From Alphaproteobacteria bacterium (GTDB lineage Bacteria > Pseudomonadota > Alphaproteobacteria > CALKHQ01), in assembly GCA_965227515.1 (NCBI GenBank), contig CBDDFZ010000001.1, positions 640,001 to 704,000 of the forward strand: a stretch of 64,000 bases of DNA, in the 5' to 3' direction. Position numbers and translations under genes: made by a program. Shown one piece after another: positions 59,943 through 64,000 of the stretch (the first letter of the stretch is position 1; each line of letters begins with the position of its first letter). Under the pieces are notes generated by a model that saw nothing but the letters and a program-made list of their open reading frames with translations, did not search any database and was not told the origin of the DNA.

Positions 59943-60113
59943 CGGTTGCGCGGGCTGCAAGCCGCCCGCGCCTCGCAGCAGCGGGCCACCCAAGGCATGC
60001 GTGCGCGCGGTCCAGGTGAGCCCGATTTTTAGCGTCGTGCTCGCGCCCGTTTACCTGCCATTTAGCGATCTTGGCTAGGCTCGCACCGAGATGAGCCTCA
60101 TCCGTGTGTCGCC

Positions 60114-60668
60114 ATGAGCCAGAAACCGCCGCCCCGCCCTATCGACGAGGAACGCCGACAGCAAGTGCTGAACGGCCTGTCGTTGCTCGACACCGAGCAG
60201 ACGCCGGAATTCGATCGCGTGGTTTGGCTTGCGAAGCGATTTTTTCGAACGAAAATCGCGCTGATCTCCCTGATAGACAACGATCGTCAGTGGTTTCTCG
60301 CGGCCGATGGCCTCAGCCAACGCCAAACGCCGCGGGACCACGCGTTTTGCGCTCACGCCATCATGTCCGAAGAGGCGCTGGTCGTGCTCGATGCCGCGCA
60401 GGACGCGCGTTTTGCCGGCAATCCGCTGGTCGTTGGGCCGCCGCACATCCGGTTCTACGCCGGCGTGCCGATCAAGATCGACGGTGCGACGCTCGGCACG
60501 CTGTGCGTCATCGACGACCAGCCTCGGCAGGACCCGAGCGCGGAGGATCTGGCCATTCTGGTCGAGCTGGCGCACGTGCTCGAGGATGAAATCAACCTGT
60601 GGCGGCACGGGCGCAGGACGGTCGTGGCGCTGGAACGCGAGCTGCGCGAGGCCAGGAAACGCGCGTAG
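60114..60668 (+). CDS. Stand-alone GAF domain protein
   Basis: LLDT..E.FDR, AFCAHAI, D.RF..NPLV..PHIRFYAG.P, GTLCVID. Confidence 0.85.
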   Translation: MSQKPPPRPIDEERRQQVLNGLSLLDTEQTPEFDRVVWLAKRFFRTKIALISLIDNDRQWFLAADGLSQRQTPRDHAFCAHAIMSEEALVVLDAAQDARFAGNPLVVGPPHIRFYAGVPIKIDGATLGTLCVIDDQPRQDPSAEDLAILVELAHVLEDEINLWRHGRRTVVALERELREARKRA

Positions 60669-60982
60669 GCTGTTGTTGCCGCGAAGGCGCGACGTCGCGC
60701 CCTCCCGAGCCACCATCCGCAAACCCTGCCCAAGGCCGCATGGTCCGCTCGCGCGGCGCCCCACCCCAAGTGACGCCCCACCCCAAGTGACAATGCCGTG
60801 TGCGGTGCACACACGGAGGTTTGCGGGCTCCCGCCAGCCGTGTAATGTCGTCGCCAATCGGCCCGCCGATCGCGCGGGCCATAACGATGGCGCCCCCAAG
60901 ACATATTCGGCCCATCGTCGAGGATGGAAACGGCCTCAGATCGGCACGGAACCGGACGCGGCCGTCATAATGGGAGACACCT

Positions 60983-62578
60983 ATGCACCAAGTGCTTCGC
61001 ACACTATTGCTCGGCACCGCGCTCAGCGTCGGCGCCGCGACCGCGGCCTCAGCCGCGACCCTGGTCTATTGTTCCGAAGGCAGCCCCGAGGGCTTCAATC
61101 CCTCGCTCTACACCGCCGGCACCACCTTCGACGCTTCGTCGAAGCCGATCTTCAACCGTCTGGTCGAGTTCGAGCTCGGCACCACCAACGTGGTCCCCGG
61201 CCTGGCGGAGTCCTGGGAAGTCTCCGAGGACGGCCTGGAGTACACCTTCCACCTGCGCGAAGGCGTGGCGTTCCACAGCAACGACGACTTCACGCCCAGC
61301 CGCAACTTCAATGCGGACGACGTCGTGCACAGCTTCATGCGCCAGTGGGATGAGGGGAACCCCTACTTCGCTGTCACCCCCGGCAGTTACGAGTATTTCG
61401 CCGCGATGGGCATGCCGGACCTCTTGGCGTCGGTCGAGAAGGTCGACGACATGACGGTCAAGTTTGTGCTGAACGCGCCCGCGGCGCCGTTCCTGGCCAA
61501 CATGGCGATGGACTTCGCGTCCATCATGTCGCTGGAGCATGCCGAGGCGATGATGGAAGCCGGCACGCCGGAGCTGATCGACCTGGAGCCGGTCGGTACC
61601 GGGCCGTTCCAGCTGGTCGACTACCAGACCGACGCGGTGATCCGCTATCAGGCAAACGCCGACTACTGGGCCGGCGCCCCGGCGCTCGACATGCTGATCT
61701 TCTCGATCACGCCCGACGCCAGCGTGCGCTATGCCAAGCTGCAGGCCGGCGAATGCCATGTGATGCCCTATCCGAACCCCTCCGATATCGAGGACATGCG
61801 GGCCAATCCGGACATCAACATGATGGAGCAGGAAGGCCTGAACGTCGGCTATCTCGCCTTCAACACCGAGAAGGAGCCGTTCACCGACGTGCGGGTGCGC
61901 CAGGCGCTGAACATGGCGATCGACAAGCAGGCGATCCTGGACATCATCTTCCAGGGCGCCGGCTCGATGGCCAAGAACCCGATTCCGCCGACCATGTGGT
62001 CGTACAATGACGCCGTCGAGGACTATCCCTACGATCCGGAGGCGGCCAAGGCGCTGCTGGCCGAAGCGGGCTTCCCGGACGGCTTCACGACCGACATCTG
62101 GGCGATGCCGGTGCAACGCCCCTACAACCCGAATGCAGGGCGCATGGCCGAGCTGATCCAGGCCGACTGGGCCGAGGTCGGCGTCGAAGCCGAGATCGTG
62201 TCCTACGAGTGGGGCGAGTATCTTCAGCGCTCGCGCGACGGTGAGCACCAGACCGTGCTGCTCGGCTGGACCGGCGACAACGGCGACCCGGACAATTTCC
62301 TGTACGTGCTGCTGAGCTGCGATGCGGCGAGCGGGGCGAACCGGGCCCGCTGGTGCTATGAGCCGTTCGACGAGCTGCTCATCCAGGCTCAGCGCAGCAC
62401 CGATCAGGCGGAGCGGACAGCGCTCTACGAAGAGGCGCAGGTCATCTTCAAGGAGCAGGCGCCGTGGGTGACCACCGCGCACTCTGTGGTGTTTATGCCC
62501 ATGCGCCCCGAGGTGCAGGGCTATGTGATCGATCCGCTGGGCGGTCACAACTTCTACGGCGTGTCGCTGGCCGAGTAG
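60983..62578 (+). CDS. dppA: Dipeptide ABC transporter substrate-binding protein
   Basis: LVYCSEGSPEGFNP, PGLAESWEVSEDG, AMPVQRPYNPN, GWTGDNGDPDNF. Confidence 0.93.
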   Translation: MHQVLRTLLLGTALSVGAATAASAATLVYCSEGSPEGFNPSLYTAGTTFDASSKPIFNRLVEFELGTTNVVPGLAESWEVSEDGLEYTFHLREGVAFHSNDDFTPSRNFNADDVVHSFMRQWDEGNPYFAVTPGSYEYFAAMGMPDLLASVEKVDDMTVKFVLNAPAAPFLANMAMDFASIMSLEHAEAMMEAGTPELIDLEPVGTGPFQLVDYQTDAVIRYQANADYWAGAPALDMLIFSITPDASVRYAKLQAGECHVMPYPNPSDIEDMRANPDINMMEQEGLNVGYLAFNTEKEPFTDVRVRQALNMAIDKQAILDIIFQGAGSMAKNPIPPTMWSYNDAVEDYPYDPEAAKALLAEAGFPDGFTTDIWAMPVQRPYNPNAGRMAELIQADWAEVGVEAEIVSYEWGEYLQRSRDGEHQTVLLGWTGDNGDPDNFLYVLLSCDAASGANRARWCYEPFDELLIQAQRSTDQAERTALYEEAQVIFKEQAPWVTTAHSVVFMPMRPEVQGYVIDPLGGHNFYGVSLAE

Positions 62579-62603
62579 GGCCGACCCGCTGAGGTAACGA
62601 CGC

Positions 62604-62641
62604 GAGGGCCGTCCGGACGAAACGGGCGGCCCTCCGTGTTT
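62604..62641 (+). terminator. Stem-loop after dppA (terminator or mRNA stabiliser)
   Basis: GAGGGCCGTCCG-loop-CGGGCGGCCCTC followed by a short T tract. Confidence 0.55.
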
Positions 62642-62666
62642 CCGGGCTTGGACCGCAAACCGCGCG

Positions 62667-63677
62667 ATGCTGCAGACGCTAGTTAGACGTGCCGTCATCA
62701 TCCTCACCACCTTCATAGGGGTGACGCTGCTGGCCTTCGCGCTGATCCGCCTGATCCCGGGCGACCCGGTGCTGCTGTTGGCGGGCGAGCGCGGTCTGGA
62801 CGAGGAGCGGTATGCCGAGCTGCAGGCGCAGTTCGGATATGACCGGCCGATCCTGGAGCAGTACGCGATCTACATCTCCGGCGTCGTGCAGGGCGACCTT
62901 GGCGTCTCGATCAAGACCAAGCGGCCGGTGCTGGAGGAATTCTTCAGCCTGTTCCCGGCGACCCTGGAGCTTTCGTTCTTCGCCATGGTGTTCGCGATCG
63001 TGCTCGGCATACCCGCCGGCGTGTTCGCGGCCCTCAAACGCGGGTCGGTGGGCGACCATCTGGTGATGGGCACGTCGCTGGCCGGCTATTCCATGCCCAT
63101 CTTCTGGTGGGCGTTGCTGCTGATGCTGCTGTTCTCGGTCACCTGGGACATCACCCCGGTCTCCAGCCGGCTGAACGTGATGTACTGGGTGCAGCCGGTG
63201 ACCGGGTTCATGCTGATCGACACGCTGCTGTCCGACCAGCCGGAGGCGTTCTGGTCGGCGCTGCACCACCTTGTGCTGCCGTCTATCGTGCTCGGCACCA
63301 TCCCGCTCGCTGTTATCGCCCGCATGACCCGCTCGTCGATGCTGGAAGTGCTGAACGAGGACTATGTGCGCACCGCCCGCGCCAAGGGCCTGAAGCCGCT
63401 GCGGGTGGTCGGCCTGCATGCGCTGCGCAACGCCCTGATCCCGGTGGTGACCGTGATCGGCCTACAGGTCAGCGTGTTGTTGACCGGCGCCATCCTGACC
63501 GAGACCATCTTTGCATGGCCCGGCATCGGCAAGTGGATGGTCGATGCCATCGGCCGCCGCGACTACCCGGTGGTGCAGGGCGGCGTTCTGCTGATCGCCA
63601 CCACGGTGATCCTGGTCAATCTGCTGGTCGATATCCTGTACGGGTTGATCAACCCGCGCGTCCGCCGCGCCGCCTGA
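62667..63677 (+). CDS. dppB: Dipeptide ABC transporter permease
   Basis: PGDP, FPATLEL, DYVRTARAKGL, HALRNA, RDYPVVQG. Confidence 0.93.
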   Translation: MLQTLVRRAVIILTTFIGVTLLAFALIRLIPGDPVLLLAGERGLDEERYAELQAQFGYDRPILEQYAIYISGVVQGDLGVSIKTKRPVLEEFFSLFPATLELSFFAMVFAIVLGIPAGVFAALKRGSVGDHLVMGTSLAGYSMPIFWWALLLMLLFSVTWDITPVSSRLNVMYWVQPVTGFMLIDTLLSDQPEAFWSALHHLVLPSIVLGTIPLAVIARMTRSSMLEVLNEDYVRTARAKGLKPLRVVGLHALRNALIPVVTVIGLQVSVLLTGAILTETIFAWPGIGKWMVDAIGRRDYPVVQGGVLLIATTVILVNLLVDILYGLINPRVRRAA

Positions 63678-63691
63678 GCGGAAGGGCAGAC

Positions 63692-64000
63692 ATGGTCCAG
63701 CGCGACATCGCCATTATCGGGGTCGATTGGGGCACCAGCAACCTGCGCGCGGTGGCGATGGCCGCCGACGGCACTGTTCTGGACGAGCGGGCGGCGGCCA
63801 GGGGCATCATGAAGGTGCCGGCCGACGGGTTCGGCGCGGTGCTGGACGAGACCATCGCCGGCTGGTGCGCGGACAGCGGTGCCATGCCACCCATCGTGCT
63901 GTCGGGCATGATCACCAGCCGCCAGGGCTGGGTCGAGACCAGCTATTGCGCCTGCCCCTGCGACGCGGCGATGCTGTCGGCGGCGATGGTGGCCCACACC
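63692..64000 (+). CDS. dgoK: 2-dehydro-3-deoxygalactonokinase (runs off window)
   Basis: Manual translation IGVDWGTSNLRA...LSGMITSRQGWVE..Y..CP. Confidence 0.82.
   Translation, partial: MVQRDIAIIGVDWGTSNLRAVAMAADGTVLDERAAARGIMKVPADGFGAVLDETIAGWCADSGAMPPIVLSGMITSRQGWVETSYCACPCDAAMLSAAMVAHT

Overview
High-GC alphaproteobacterial (Rhodospirillales-like) chromosomal segment made mostly of core genes: pstS/phoR, maeB, mutS-glnD-murJ-trpS, atpHAGDC, an aa3-type cytochrome c oxidase operon, tldD, coq7, gpt, cbs, htpG, rpmJ, glcD, regBA and dppAB. Accessory elements are interspersed: a ParE-type toxin-antitoxin pair, an FRG+Fic islet, a 4-repeat secreted protein inserted antisense in the cox operon, and three palindromic repeat families. 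The most striking feature is a complete IS110-family (IS1111-like) element at 54776-56202 inserted into the GTAG tetranucleotide of a REP, with the CT/AG core present at both ends. Its 3' non-coding end contains four short segments, in the order expected for a bridge RNA, that match the left and right target flanks and the left and right donor (circle junction) sequences. This gives a readable candidate RNA-guided recombinase system with a deducible target and donor. No rRNA, tRNA or CRISPR array was seen. All family assignments come from motif recognition by eye, not from database searches.
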